Below, piece by piece: positions 26,730-36,102 of a DNA stretch of 63,835 nucleotides (positions are counted from its first letter, which is position 1; each line of letters starts with the position of its first letter). The translations under genes and the position numbers were made by a program. The stretch lies in contig CAYJWW010000001.1 in NCBI GenBank assembly GCA_964374065.1, positions 1 through 63,835 of the forward strand. The letters run 5' to 3'. The DNA is from an uncultured Candidatus Saccharibacteria bacterium. Its GTDB lineage: Bacteria; Patescibacteriota; Minisyncoccia; UBA6257; 2-01-FULL-56-20. The notes beneath the pieces are model-generated. The model was not told the origin of the DNA. It made no database searches and worked only from the letters and a program-made list of their open reading frames with translations.

Positions 26730-29700
26730 CTATCCTCGGCGCAGCTCGAGAGAAATCTCTTTGCCGTCTATTGAGATCGGTCCCCCGGTAATATCTGCGT
26801 TCTCGCGCACGCCGCTCAAATACGTTTTCACCCTGTTAATGCTCCCCATCGCCCGCCGCAGATCTTCGTCCGCGGTGCGGTACAAAAGCGCGGTTTTTTC
26901 TCCAACCTTGAATCCCGCGCGCTTTCGGGCTTCCTGGATCGCCCGCTCGAGGCCACGGACGAGTCCTTCCATCTGGAGTTCTGCCGTGAGCTCGGTGTTC
27001 AATACAACCTCTTCTTTGAGGTTCGGGTCAAACGCTATTTCTTTTACATTCAACTCTTGCTTCAGGACTTCAAGCAGCGCATCCGCCCCTTTCAATTCCT
27101 GATTCTTGACTCTTAACTCTGGCAACGGCTGCCGCACAGGAACGTTCGCTTGCTTGCGAAACGCGAGACCTAGGCTCGCGATATTTCGCACCACATCCAT
27201 TTGCTTCAAGAGCATGTGATCCTCGGTCGAAAGTTCCTTCTTGCCCGGCCATGATTCCAAGTGCACCGAGGGGAAGCCCCCGATAAAATCCAGCTTTCTA
27301 AAGATCGCTTCGCTTATGTAAGGCATGAAAGGCGCGGCGGTCAAAGACGCTACGAGAAGGCAATGGCGGAGCGTAAGAAAGAATTCTTGATCCTTCCTCC
27401 CCCTGCTCCGTCTCACATACCACGTGGAGAGATCGTCGATGTATTCCGCGATCGCGCGCGTGGCTTTTACCGTATCATAGTCGTCCAAGTGTTCCGTCAC
27501 GGCGTTCACGAGTTCCTGTGTCTTCGCGAGCGCCCACCGGTCGAGAACTGAATCGAACGTTTTTCCTTCTTCCCACCGGGTTTTAGGATCAAAGCCCGCC
27601 TCGGAAGCATACGTATCGTAGTAATTAAAGACGTTCCAGAGGATGAGGATAACCTTGCGGTACGTGTTCTGCAGCTCCCGTTCGCTGAAGTTGAGGTTGT
27701 CCGCCTGCATGACGACGGAATTCATGAGATAGAATCGCAAGGCATCCACGCCGTATTTCTCGATTACCGCCCATGGATCGGGATAATTGGCTTTTGACTT
27801 TGACATCTTGGAGCCGTCTTCGGCGAGGATCGTTCCCGTCGTTACCACATTCTCAAACGGGGCCTTCCTGAAAAGCGTGTGTCCCACGACGTGCATCACA
27901 TAGAACCATGCGCGCGTCTGTGCGATGTATTCCGCGACGAACTGCCCGGGATAGCGGGATTCGAACGTCTTTTTCTGGTCGAATGGGTAGTGGTATTCGG
28001 CGAAGGGCATGGATCCCGCTTCGACCCAAGAATCGAAAATTTCCTTGATGCGGCGGGCTTTCCCTCCGCACGCGGGGCACTTCAATACCGCCTCGTCTAT
28101 CGCCGGACGATGCAAGTCGGGCACCGCAACATCCATCTCGAACGGAACCGCGAACTCCGGATACGGCCGCTCGGAGCCGAAGTGCTGCTGCAGGACCCAT
28201 AACGGATCGCCGTGGCTCACGACAAGGATCCGCTTGCCGGAATGCTTCCGGTTTATCTCGTCCGCGAAATCGAGCACTCGCGTCCGGATATCGCTCCAGC
28301 TTTCTCCTCCCTCCGGAGCTTCGTCCCAGCGACGCGAGGCCGGAATTGCGCTTCCAAACTCTTCCATGGGCCGGCCGGTAAAGATACCGACATTATATTC
28401 GCGGATTCGCGTATCGCATTCCACCGGTATGCCAAGCGTACTGCCGACGATCTCCGCGGTGCGCCTTGTGCGCTTGAAATCGGATGCGTAAATGAGATCG
28501 ACGCCCCCCATCTCGCGCAGCGTTTCGGCAAGGCGTTGCGCACGCACCGCTCCCTCTTCGGTCAGGTCGTACGGATCGTTTACATTCGAACTGTTGATCC
28601 TCCGCACATTGTGCTCCGCTTCTCCGTGGCGGCTAAAGATGAAAGTGTTCCGCGAAACGCCCAACTCCTTAATGCTTCCTACCACCATGGGCGGACAATT
28701 TTCCGTTTCACATTTCCACACCGGGATAGGATTGCCCCAATAGCGGTTCCGCGAGATGTTCCAATCGGGCGCTTGCTCCACGCTCTTCTCGTAACGACCG
28801 TGTTTCAGATGTCCCGGGAACCAGTTGGTCTCTTTCGCGTTCGACCGGATCAAGTCCCGCTTGATCTTTTGGATATTGATAAACCACGCGGGGATCGCGT
28901 TGTAGAAAAGCATATTGCCGCACCGCCAGCAGTGCGGGTACGAGTGGGTAAATTGCGTTTTCGCAAAGAGCAACCCGCGCTTCTCGAGATCTTCGATTAC
29001 GACTTTGTCCGCATCTTTGAAATACATCCCGCGCAGCAATTCCGGCGCCTTATCATTGAACGTCCCCTTCTCGTCCAAGAGCGGCACGACCGGCAAGCCG
29101 ACTTTCTGGCCCAGCTCGTAATCTTCCTCCCCGTAGACGACTGCCGTGTGCACAATGCCGGCGCCCTCTTCGGTGGAGACGAAATCCGCAAGATACACTT
29201 TGAAAGCGGCTTGCCCTTCGGAGCCTTGGCGAAGAAGGGGAACATCAAAGAGCGGTTCGTAGACAAGACCGACGAGGTCCTCGCCCCTCACTTTTTGACC
29301 AGTGTGCCCGAGTTCCTTCCCAAGCGGAGAATCCTCGGCGACAATCAGGTAATCGTCTCCTTTCTTTGTTATCGCATACGAAATATCCTTGCCCACCGCA
29401 AGCGCCACATTCCCGGGCAGCGTCCACGGCGTTGTCGTCCACGCAAGCAGGTATATTGGCGCATCACTTGGAAGTTGTAATTTGGAACTTACTTGTGATT
29501 TGTTGTTTGTAATTTGGAATTTTACCGTCACCGCTTCTTCGGTCACATCCTGATAGCTGTTGTCCATCGCCACCTCGAAGTTCGAGACCGGCGTCTCGCA
29601 GCGCGGACAATAGAGGAGCACGCGCCGTCCCTCGTATACGAGCCCTTTCTTCCAAAACTCCTTGAACGCCCACCAGACCGACTCCATATAGTCGCGGTCC

Positions 29701-30140
29701 ATGGTTTTGTAGGAGTTGTCGAATTCGGTCCAGCGCGCGATGCGGCGCACCATCTTCTTCCACTCGTCCGCGAACTCGAGCACCTTCGCGCGGCAAACTG
29801 CGTTGAATTTCGCGATGCCGATCTCTTCTATCTGCTTCTTGCCGGAGATGCCGAGGTGCCGCTCCACAACCTCCTCGATGGGAAGTCCGTGGCAATCCCA
29901 TCCCCAGCGCCTGCGCACGAAGCGCCCGCGCATCGTCTGATAGCGCGGAATCACGTCCTTAATGGTGGAAGCCAGAATATGGCCATAGTGGGGAAGTCCG
30001 GTGGCAAAGGGCGGTCCGTCATAGAAAGTGAACGGCTCCCCGTCCTTTGTTTTCTCCAGCGTTTTCTCGAAGATTTTCTTATCTTCCCAAAACTTCAAAG
30101 TTTCTTCTTCGAGTTTTGCGGGATTGAATGGCTCGGGCAT
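26730..30140 (-). CDS. ileS: isoleucine--tRNA ligase (type 2-like) with a nested histidine-phosphatase domain
   Basis: HIGH-type PHYGH, CP1 editing signature AWTTTPWTLPGN, KMSKS, and Zn-binding Cys pairs. 1136 aa. Confidence 0.95.
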   Translation of the reverse strand: MPEPFNPAKLEEETLKFWEDKKIFEKTLEKTKDGEPFTFYDGPPFATGLPHYGHILASTIKDVIPRYQTMRGRFVRRRWGWDCHGLPIEEVVERHLGISGKKQIEEIGIAKFNAVCRAKVLEFADEWKKMVRRIARWTEFDNSYKTMDRDYMESVWWAFKEFWKKGLVYEGRRVLLYCPRCETPVSNFEVAMDNSYQDVTEEAVTVKFQITNNKSQVSSKLQLPSDAPIYLLAWTTTPWTLPGNVALAVGKDISYAITKKGDDYLIVAEDSPLGKELGHTGQKVRGEDLVGLVYEPLFDVPLLRQGSEGQAAFKVYLADFVSTEEGAGIVHTAVVYGEEDYELGQKVGLPVVPLLDEKGTFNDKAPELLRGMYFKDADKVVIEDLEKRGLLFAKTQFTHSYPHCWRCGNMLFYNAIPAWFINIQKIKRDLIRSNAKETNWFPGHLKHGRYEKSVEQAPDWNISRNRYWGNPIPVWKCETENCPPMVVGSIKELGVSRNTFIFSRHGEAEHNVRRINSSNVNDPYDLTEEGAVRAQRLAETLREMGGVDLIYASDFKRTRRTAEIVGSTLGIPVECDTRIREYNVGIFTGRPMEEFGSAIPASRRWDEAPEGGESWSDIRTRVLDFADEINRKHSGKRILVVSHGDPLWVLQQHFGSERPYPEFAVPFEMDVAVPDLHRPAIDEAVLKCPACGGKARRIKEIFDSWVEAGSMPFAEYHYPFDQKKTFESRYPGQFVAEYIAQTRAWFYVMHVVGHTLFRKAPFENVVTTGTILAEDGSKMSKSKANYPDPWAVIEKYGVDALRFYLMNSVVMQADNLNFSERELQNTYRKVILILWNVFNYYDTYASEAGFDPKTRWEEGKTFDSVLDRWALAKTQELVNAVTEHLDDYDTVKATRAIAEYIDDLSTWYVRRSRGRKDQEFFLTLRHCLLVASLTAAPFMPYISEAIFRKLDFIGGFPSVHLESWPGKKELSTEDHMLLKQMDVVRNIASLGLAFRKQANVPVRQPLPELRVKNQELKGADALLEVLKQELNVKEIAFDPNLKEEVVLNTELTAELQMEGLVRGLERAIQEARKRAGFKVGEKTALLYRTADEDLRRAMGSINRVKTYLSGVRENADITGGPISIDGKEISLELRRG
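28122..28652 (-). other. histidine phosphatase (PGAM-like, His_Phos_1) domain inserted in IleS (aa about 497-673)
   Basis: All family motifs appear in order: SRHGEAEHN, LTEEGAVRAQRLA, IYASDFKRTRRTAEIV, IREYNVGIFTGRPMEEF, PEGGESWSDIRTRV, ILVVSHGDPL. Confidence 0.85.
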
Positions 30141-30322
30141 GGTCGGTAGGTGGTAATAAAATATCAGATTTTCCTTGAAATATAAAGGTTTTTTACTTTT
30201 CTCCTGCGTTCTTATGATCTCTCGGTAGAGGAACTTACTAAGGGTTGCGCGTTCCCGCGCAGCCCTTCACGCATCTTTCCACATCCCCTTTTTAATCTTT
30301 TATTTTTTCTCTTTTATGTCTC

Positions 30323-32020
30323 CTATACCCTCTCCGGCGCCTCGATCCCCAGCAGATTGATCCCTCGCCGCAACGCCTCCGCCGTCTTTCGAACCAGCAT
30401 AAGGCGCGCGCGCCTGCGTCCCGCATGCTCATCCTTCAAAATCGGTTCCGCTTCGTAGAAGCGGTTTGCCGCGTTCGCGAGCGAGAACAAATAGCCCGCA
30501 AGCCGGCTCGGGGCGAGTTCCCGCACGGCGTCGCCGAGCGCATCCGGAAATTCCACGAGCTCCCGGATGAGCGCGAGCTCGGCCTTTTGGGTTAGGGAAG
30601 AGAAATCGGCATCTCCGTTCCCGTCCGCTTTTTTGAGCACGCGCTTCAGACGCGCGTGCGTGTACTGTAGATATGGCCCGGAGTCGCCCTGGACCGCGAG
30701 CGATTTCTCGAAATCGAATACGATGTCCTGCCCGGGACGCTGTTTTAAGATCGAATACTTGATGGCGCCGATCGCGATTTGGTCGAGCAATGCATCGTCG
30801 GCCGCTTCACTCTCGTCATTTTTTACCCGCTCCCGAAGCTTTAATTTCGTTTGCTCGATCAGCTCGTCCGCGGTTATCACCTCTCCGGTGCGCGAGGACA
30901 TCTTCCCCGAGGGAAGCCGCAGCATGCCGTGAGGGATATGGCGCGTCGCTTTGGCCACCTCCGGCATCACACGCTCCATCACCTTGAGAAGTACTTTGAA
31001 ATATTCAGCGATTTCATTGCCGGTCACGATGAGCGACGCATCCGGATGAAAGAGATCGAACTTCCGCCGGTTGAGCCCCAGCTCTTTCGCTTCATATGTC
31101 GGGAGTCCCTGCGAATTTATGAATACGCGCGTGTGCAATCCGTATGGTTCTCCGCGGAATACGATGGCGCCTTCGCTTTCTTCGAACATCTCCGAGTGCT
31201 CGCGCACAATGGCCGCGCCGCGCGGCCCCTCTTCGCTTTCGAAGAAATAGTGGTCGAACTTCGTGCCGAGGCGCGCATAGATCGCTTCGAAGTATTCCAA
31301 GCTCCACGCCCTCCCTTTGTCGTACAGTGCGTTGATCTCCGTGTCGCGTTTCGCATAGATCGCCCGGTTCACCGATTCAACCTCATGCTTCAACCCCTCG
31401 TCCCCGCTGCGATACGCGTTCGCCCCCGCGGCATACGCCGCGCCAAGATATTGCACGAGTTCTTTGTGCGTGCCCTGAGCGGGGAGCGGGCCGGCTTTCC
31501 CTCCCCGTATCGCCCAGACGGCCATCGCCACATGGAGCCCGATATCGCCCTGCCAGTTGACGCGGAGCACCTTCGCCCCCGCCGCTTCATGAAGCCGCGC
31601 GATCGCCTCGCCGATCGCGTTCGACATCAAATGCCCGATATGGAACAGCTTGAACGGGTTCGGGTCGGTGTACTCGACCATAACCGTCTTGCCGTTAAGC
31701 GCGGCGGCTTTCCCGAAATCGGGAGTTGTCGCGATCCCTTCGAATTCCTTTTGAAGTTTTGCTTCCGTCACCCATATATTCACGAATCCCGGCGGGACCG
31801 TCTCAATGTTCTGGAAAAGTCCGGTGGTGTTCGAGCGTAATTTTTTTGCGATCGATTCTGCGATCGCCATAGGGTCCTCTTTCCGTTCCTTCGCAAGCTT
31901 CAACGCGACACTCGTCGCATAGTGCCCAAATCCTTCCCGCGGCGGGACAGCGAGGTCGGCCGAGCCGGTGTCGGCAGCTTCTTCTATTGAAGATACGATT
32001 TCATCTTTGAGCATTGCCAC
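30323..32020 (-). CDS. argS: arginine--tRNA ligase
   Basis: NPFKLFHIGHL (HIGH), an MSSR(TG) KMSKS-equivalent, and a C-terminal DALR anticodon-binding region. Confidence 0.93.
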   Translation of the reverse strand: MAMLKDEIVSSIEEAADTGSADLAVPPREGFGHYATSVALKLAKERKEDPMAIAESIAKKLRSNTTGLFQNIETVPPGFVNIWVTEAKLQKEFEGIATTPDFGKAAALNGKTVMVEYTDPNPFKLFHIGHLMSNAIGEAIARLHEAAGAKVLRVNWQGDIGLHVAMAVWAIRGGKAGPLPAQGTHKELVQYLGAAYAAGANAYRSGDEGLKHEVESVNRAIYAKRDTEINALYDKGRAWSLEYFEAIYARLGTKFDHYFFESEEGPRGAAIVREHSEMFEESEGAIVFRGEPYGLHTRVFINSQGLPTYEAKELGLNRRKFDLFHPDASLIVTGNEIAEYFKVLLKVMERVMPEVAKATRHIPHGMLRLPSGKMSSRTGEVITADELIEQTKLKLRERVKNDESEAADDALLDQIAIGAIKYSILKQRPGQDIVFDFEKSLAVQGDSGPYLQYTHARLKRVLKKADGNGDADFSSLTQKAELALIRELVEFPDALGDAVRELAPSRLAGYLFSLANAANRFYEAEPILKDEHAGRRRARLMLVRKTAEALRRGINLLGIEAPERV

Positions 32021-32071
32021 GGTCTCTATAGCTTACCACGACCCCACAAAGGGTTTGCCGCGATGACATTG

Positions 32072-32422
32072 TCATCGCGGCGACTCCACAACGCGGGTTC
32101 GCGTCCGTGCTTCGGCGAACGTGCGCCGGATAACCACGACCCGCATGCCGGGCCGAACTTCCCAGCGGCTCGAGAGGCCGCCTTCGATGTCCGGCGACTC
32201 GTAAAGGATCCACACTTGCCCTTCGGTGTTCCGGATGACGGCGACCGTCGGTTCCGACTCTTCGAATCTCCCGATCGCAAGCACCTCCGCCACCGTCATG
32301 GGGAATTCTTCTTCGCCCACTGCCTGTGGCTTTTCGAGCGGCTTGTTCGCGGCGCTCGCGATGAGCGCCTGGAACGCCTGCTCTCGTTCCGTTTCGTTTC
32401 GCATCTGCGCGGTTCCGGCCAT
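32072..32422 (-). CDS. hypothetical protein (116 aa)
   Basis: ORF with plausible composition in the gap between argS and smpB. No motif recognised. Confidence 0.45.
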   Translation of the reverse strand: MAGTAQMRNETEREQAFQALIASAANKPLEKPQAVGEEEFPMTVAEVLAIGRFEESEPTVAVIRNTEGQVWILYESPDIEGGLSSRWEVRPGMRVVVIRRTFAEARTRTRVVESPR

Positions 32423-32481
32423 ACGGACCTCCTTGAAGCGGTGATTCGTGCCGGCTATACGGTAGCAGGTATAATACAGGA

Positions 32482-32937
32482 ATGAAAGACAGCGGCGGGA
32501 AAAAAATTATTGCCGAGAATCGCCGCGCGCGGTTCGATTACGAGATCCTCGAAACGTTCGAGGCCGGCGTCGAACTCACGGGCCAGGAGGCGAAAAGCGC
32601 CAAGAGCGGGCGCATGAACCTCGCGGGAAGCCATGCCGTGATCAGAAAAAAAGAGGTGTGGCTTTTGGGCGCCGAAATCCCTGCGTGGCAGCCCAAGAAC
32701 GCTCCACCGGACTATGACGCCTCCCGCTCGCGGCGGCTTTTGCTCCGAAGGGATGAGATAAGAAACTTGACGGGGCGACTGCACGAAAAGGGGCTGTCGC
32801 TTATCCCCGTCGAAGCGCATCTCTCGCGCGGGTTCCTGAAGATCGGGCTTGGGCTCGCGAAGGGCAGAAAGAAAAGCGACAAGCGCGAACTCTTAAAGCG
32901 CCGGGCCGTGGAACGCGAAGCGGAACGGGGCATGTAG
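32482..32937 (+). CDS. smpB: SsrA-binding protein SmpB
   Basis: IAENRRARFDYEILETFEAGVELTGQEAKS and a C-terminal basic tail, the canonical SmpB sequence. Confidence 0.95.
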   Translation: MKDSGGKKIIAENRRARFDYEILETFEAGVELTGQEAKSAKSGRMNLAGSHAVIRKKEVWLLGAEIPAWQPKNAPPDYDASRSRRLLLRRDEIRNLTGRLHEKGLSLIPVEAHLSRGFLKIGLGLAKGRKKSDKRELLKRRAVEREAERGM

Positions 32938-32969
32938 CGTACTTTATCCTTATGCTCCGCGCGCGAGTG

Positions 32970-34133
32970 TCAATGGATCGCGCTTGCAACCGCCGGGACG
33001 ACGCGCGGATCGAAGGGCATCGGCAAGAGCTGGCCTGCGTGGGGCGAAGAAACTAATCCGGCGAGGGTGCGGGCCGCTTCAATGAGCATCGGGGTTGTGA
33101 TCTCGCGCACGCCGTTGTCCAGCGCGCCGCGGAAAATCCCCGGGAATGCGAGTACGTTATTGATCTGATTCGGGAAGTCGGATCGGCCGGTCGCGATGAT
33201 CAAGGCGCCCGCCGCGCGCGCGGTATCCGGCATGATCTCCGGTACGGGGTTTGCGAGCGCAAAGATGATCGGGTTCGGCCGCATCGAGCGGATCATGTCG
33301 CCGGCAAGGAGATTCGCCTTGCTTACGCCGACGAACACGTCCGCCTCGCGGAGCGCATCCGCAAGACCTCCGGCAATGCTTCGCGGGTTCGTCCGCCCGG
33401 AAATCTTCTTCTTATAGTGATCAAGATCGGTCCTGTGTGCGCCGATAACGCCTTTACTATCGCAGACGGTAAGATCGCTCGCGCCATATTCCAAAAGAAG
33501 ATTCGCGATCGCATTGCCCGCGGCCCCCGCCCCGTTTATCACAATTCGCGCTTCATTGAGCGCACGCTTCCGCACGCGGAGCGCGTTTATGAGCGCCGCG
33601 AGCACCACAACCGCCGAGCCGTGCTGATCGTCATGGAATACCGGAATGGAAAGCTCCGCTTTGAGCCGCGCCTCGATCTCGAAACAGCGCGGCGCAGAGA
33701 TGTCCTCCAGATTGATGCCGCCGAAGACGGGCGCGATGAGTTTCGCCGTGCGTATGATCTCCTCCGTGTCTTGCGTATCGAGGCAGATCGGGAATGCATC
33801 GACACCGCCGAGCCGCTTGAAGAGTGCGGCCTTTCCTTCCATCACGGGGAGCGCGGCCAGCGGTCCCACGTTCCCGAGTCCCAAGACCGCCGAGCCGTCG
33901 GTCAGAACCGCAACGGTGTTGCGCGTGATCGTGAGCTCGCGCGCGCGCGAGGGATCCGCGAAGAGCGCCCGCGAAACGGCGGCCACGCCCGGCGTATAGG
34001 CGAGCGAAAGGTCGCTCGCGTTCTCGATAGGCACCTTGAGCGCGGTCCCGATCTTGCCATGCGCTTCTCCGTGAAGCCGTAACGATGCCTCGTTTATTTC
34101 CTCGCTATGCCCATCCGTGCCGTTATGTGCCAT
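32970..34133 (-). CDS. NAD(P)-dependent malic enzyme
   Basis: LSLAYTPGVA, GLGNVGPLAALPVMEGKA, NLEDISAPRCFEIE and a GAGAAG dinucleotide motif. Confidence 0.9.
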   Translation of the reverse strand: MAHNGTDGHSEEINEASLRLHGEAHGKIGTALKVPIENASDLSLAYTPGVAAVSRALFADPSRARELTITRNTVAVLTDGSAVLGLGNVGPLAALPVMEGKAALFKRLGGVDAFPICLDTQDTEEIIRTAKLIAPVFGGINLEDISAPRCFEIEARLKAELSIPVFHDDQHGSAVVVLAALINALRVRKRALNEARIVINGAGAAGNAIANLLLEYGASDLTVCDSKGVIGAHRTDLDHYKKKISGRTNPRSIAGGLADALREADVFVGVSKANLLAGDMIRSMRPNPIIFALANPVPEIMPDTARAAGALIIATGRSDFPNQINNVLAFPGIFRGALDNGVREITTPMLIEAARTLAGLVSSPHAGQLLPMPFDPRVVPAVASAIH

Positions 34134-34136
34134 ATA

Positions 34137-35495
34137 CTATATGCGCTTCGCCTCGAGCGATCGCTCGAGCGCCGCAAGATCGCCTTCGATGATCATGTAA
34201 GGATTCGCGTAACGCCCCGCTTCGCGGGATTTGTGGAACCCGATGCCCGCTTCCGAGAATTTGATCCCCGAGGCGGTGGAGATGGAGATCACCGTATCGC
34301 GCTCCCTCACCGTGCCTTCCGCGCACGCTTGCATCACGCACTGGAGGGCGACCGCGCTCTGCGGACAGATATTCGCGCCCGCGCGGGTGAAGCGCGCCCA
34401 AGTGTTCAAAATATCCTCCTCCTCGGCTTTATAGAACTTAATGGTAAAGCCGCCGTAGAGTTTTTGCACCCGCGGAAAACTCACGGGGTTATTGATGTTC
34501 ATCGCGGTCGCCGCCGTGTCTTTAAACTCTCCCGGCTCATATGACATAAAGCCGCTCTCTGCCCAGCGGACAAGCGTGTCCGCAGCCGCGGTTTGCGCGC
34601 CGATCACGCCCGGCAGCCGGTCGATCAGTCCGAACTCCTTCGCGCGAAGCAGGCTGTTCAAAAGCGCCGCGAGATTGCCGCTGTTCCCGATGGGGACTGC
34701 GATCCAGTCTGGAACTTCCCAGGAAAGATCTTGGAGGATCTCAAGCGCGATGGTCTCCTGCCCCACCACCCGCATATCGTTCTTGCTGTTCACGAGGACG
34801 TATTCGGGATGCGCCTGCGTGAATTCCTGAATAAGCTGCATGCAGCCGTCGAATCCCTTGGGATGACGGATCGCCCGCACCGCGGCGCCGTGCGCCATCG
34901 CCTGAAAAAGCTGGGGGTCGGAAATTTTCTCGTGAGGCAGGAGTACGAGGCATGAGAGCTTGTCCCGCACGTACGCCGCGTAGATCGCGGCGGAGGCGGA
35001 GGTGTCGCCCGTTGAGGCGCAAGAGATGCCCTTGATGCCGAACGCGGGGTATTCACTCTGGAGACGCAACGCGTCAGATATCGCGACCGGCATTCCCCGG
35101 TCCTTGAAGCTTTCCGAGGGCGCTTGCCCTTCCATCTTGATATAGAGATTCTCGAGCCCTATCTCGCGCTTGAGCCATGAGGGAATCTCAAAGAGATCGG
35201 TTTGCCCTTCGTTCAGGGATAGGATGTATTGCGTGGGGAATTCCGGAAGAATGAAGTCTCGCCAGAGCCATACGCCGGAGTTATTGGGATAAGACTTCCG
35301 GGACGCGCCGAACCGAAGGTCCTCGAAATATCGGCGCGCTTGCGGCCCGTTCCCGATCTTCGCCCGCACGAACTCTTCGTCGCGCACCACCATGAGAAGT
35401 CCCGCGCACGAGGGGCACGTGTAGAGAAAGCGGTCCGGATCGAATTCCTTCTCGCATCCCACGCAGCGATGCCGGTATCTGAATTCCATACCCAT
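34137..35495 (-). CDS. thrC: threonine synthase (long form with N-terminal zinc ribbon)
   Basis: CVGCEKEF...CPSCAGLL zinc ribbon and a PLP lysine region SFKDRG. Start at ATG 35495 (or 35489). The 739-aa ORF-track version is an artefactual upstream extension. Confidence 0.88.
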   Translation of the reverse strand: MGMEFRYRHRCVGCEKEFDPDRFLYTCPSCAGLLMVVRDEEFVRAKIGNGPQARRYFEDLRFGASRKSYPNNSGVWLWRDFILPEFPTQYILSLNEGQTDLFEIPSWLKREIGLENLYIKMEGQAPSESFKDRGMPVAISDALRLQSEYPAFGIKGISCASTGDTSASAAIYAAYVRDKLSCLVLLPHEKISDPQLFQAMAHGAAVRAIRHPKGFDGCMQLIQEFTQAHPEYVLVNSKNDMRVVGQETIALEILQDLSWEVPDWIAVPIGNSGNLAALLNSLLRAKEFGLIDRLPGVIGAQTAAADTLVRWAESGFMSYEPGEFKDTAATAMNINNPVSFPRVQKLYGGFTIKFYKAEEEDILNTWARFTRAGANICPQSAVALQCVMQACAEGTVRERDTVISISTASGIKFSEAGIGFHKSREAGRYANPYMIIEGDLAALERSLEAKRI

Positions 35496-35615
35496 CAAAT
35501 CTACTCGGGAAGGCGCGCGGTGTAAAACCAGCGATGTTCGCGGGTTGCTGGACATATGTTGTAAGAAATGCTTTAATCTGCGCCGGTAAAACCGCCCCAA
35601 AGGAGGGGGCAGACA

Positions 35616-35987
35616 TTGAAATTCCCGGCATATATGGAAAAAGGGTCGGAAGGCCCCGCGGTGAACCTCGTGCTCGCGTTTTTGATCGGCTGGGCGCGGG
35701 GACACGCCCAAGACATCCACTGCGACGGCGTCTACGGCGAGGTCGGCGTGCGCTGGGCGAAGGAATTCCAGGGAGCACATGCGACGCTCGGCCTCGAACC
35801 GGACGGCGGCATCGGCCCCAAGACGCGCGGCGTCATGAAGGACCAATACGGCTTCGATTTCGAAGCAGCCGCCCGCTCGACCGGCGGCACGACGATCTTC
35901 GTGCAGCAGGACGGCACGACCAAGGAGTGGTCGCCCGGCGCCGAAGAAGCGGCGCGGAGGGCGGCTCTCGCGACGCACGACGAGTGA
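35616..35987 (+). CDS. standalone peptidoglycan-binding (PG_binding_1-like) domain protein
   Basis: Pattern G-x-G-x-V-x2-L...DG-x-YG-x2-T/V...FQ...L-x2-DG-x-IGPKT. TTG start 8 nt after AAAGGAGGGGG. Has its own terminator. Confidence 0.65.
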   Translation: MKFPAYMEKGSEGPAVNLVLAFLIGWARGHAQDIHCDGVYGEVGVRWAKEFQGAHATLGLEPDGGIGPKTRGVMKDQYGFDFEAAARSTGGTTIFVQQDGTTKEWSPGAEEAARRAALATHDE

Positions 35988-36007
35988 GAGCTCGTTCGAA
36001 GAACACT

Positions 36008-36042
36008 TAGGCCCGACGTTTCCGTCGGGCCTGCGCATTTTT
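36008..36042 (+). terminator. intrinsic terminator
   Basis: AGGCCCGACG-TTTC-CGTCGGGCCT followed by GCGCATTTTTT. Confidence 0.75.
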
Positions 36043-36102
36043 TGACATCCTCCTTCGATTTTTGTAATACAACAGTGGAATTCGCTTGAGAAAGGAACGC
36101 CG

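Noticed and set aside
28212-29480. 422-aa plus-strand ORF
   Set aside because: It is antisense to ileS, whose frame carries all class-I synthetase motifs.
30141-30322. T-box or other leader riboswitch upstream of ileS (and the 64-nt spacer upstream of trpS)
   Set aside because: No T-box consensus (AAnnnGGGTGGTACCGCG-like) is present on the coding (minus) strand. The 12-bp hairpin at 30241-30268 lacks the alternative antiterminator arrangement. The trpS spacer is far too short.
30851-31840. 329-aa plus-strand ORF
   Set aside because: It is antisense to argS and has Arg-rich artefactual composition.
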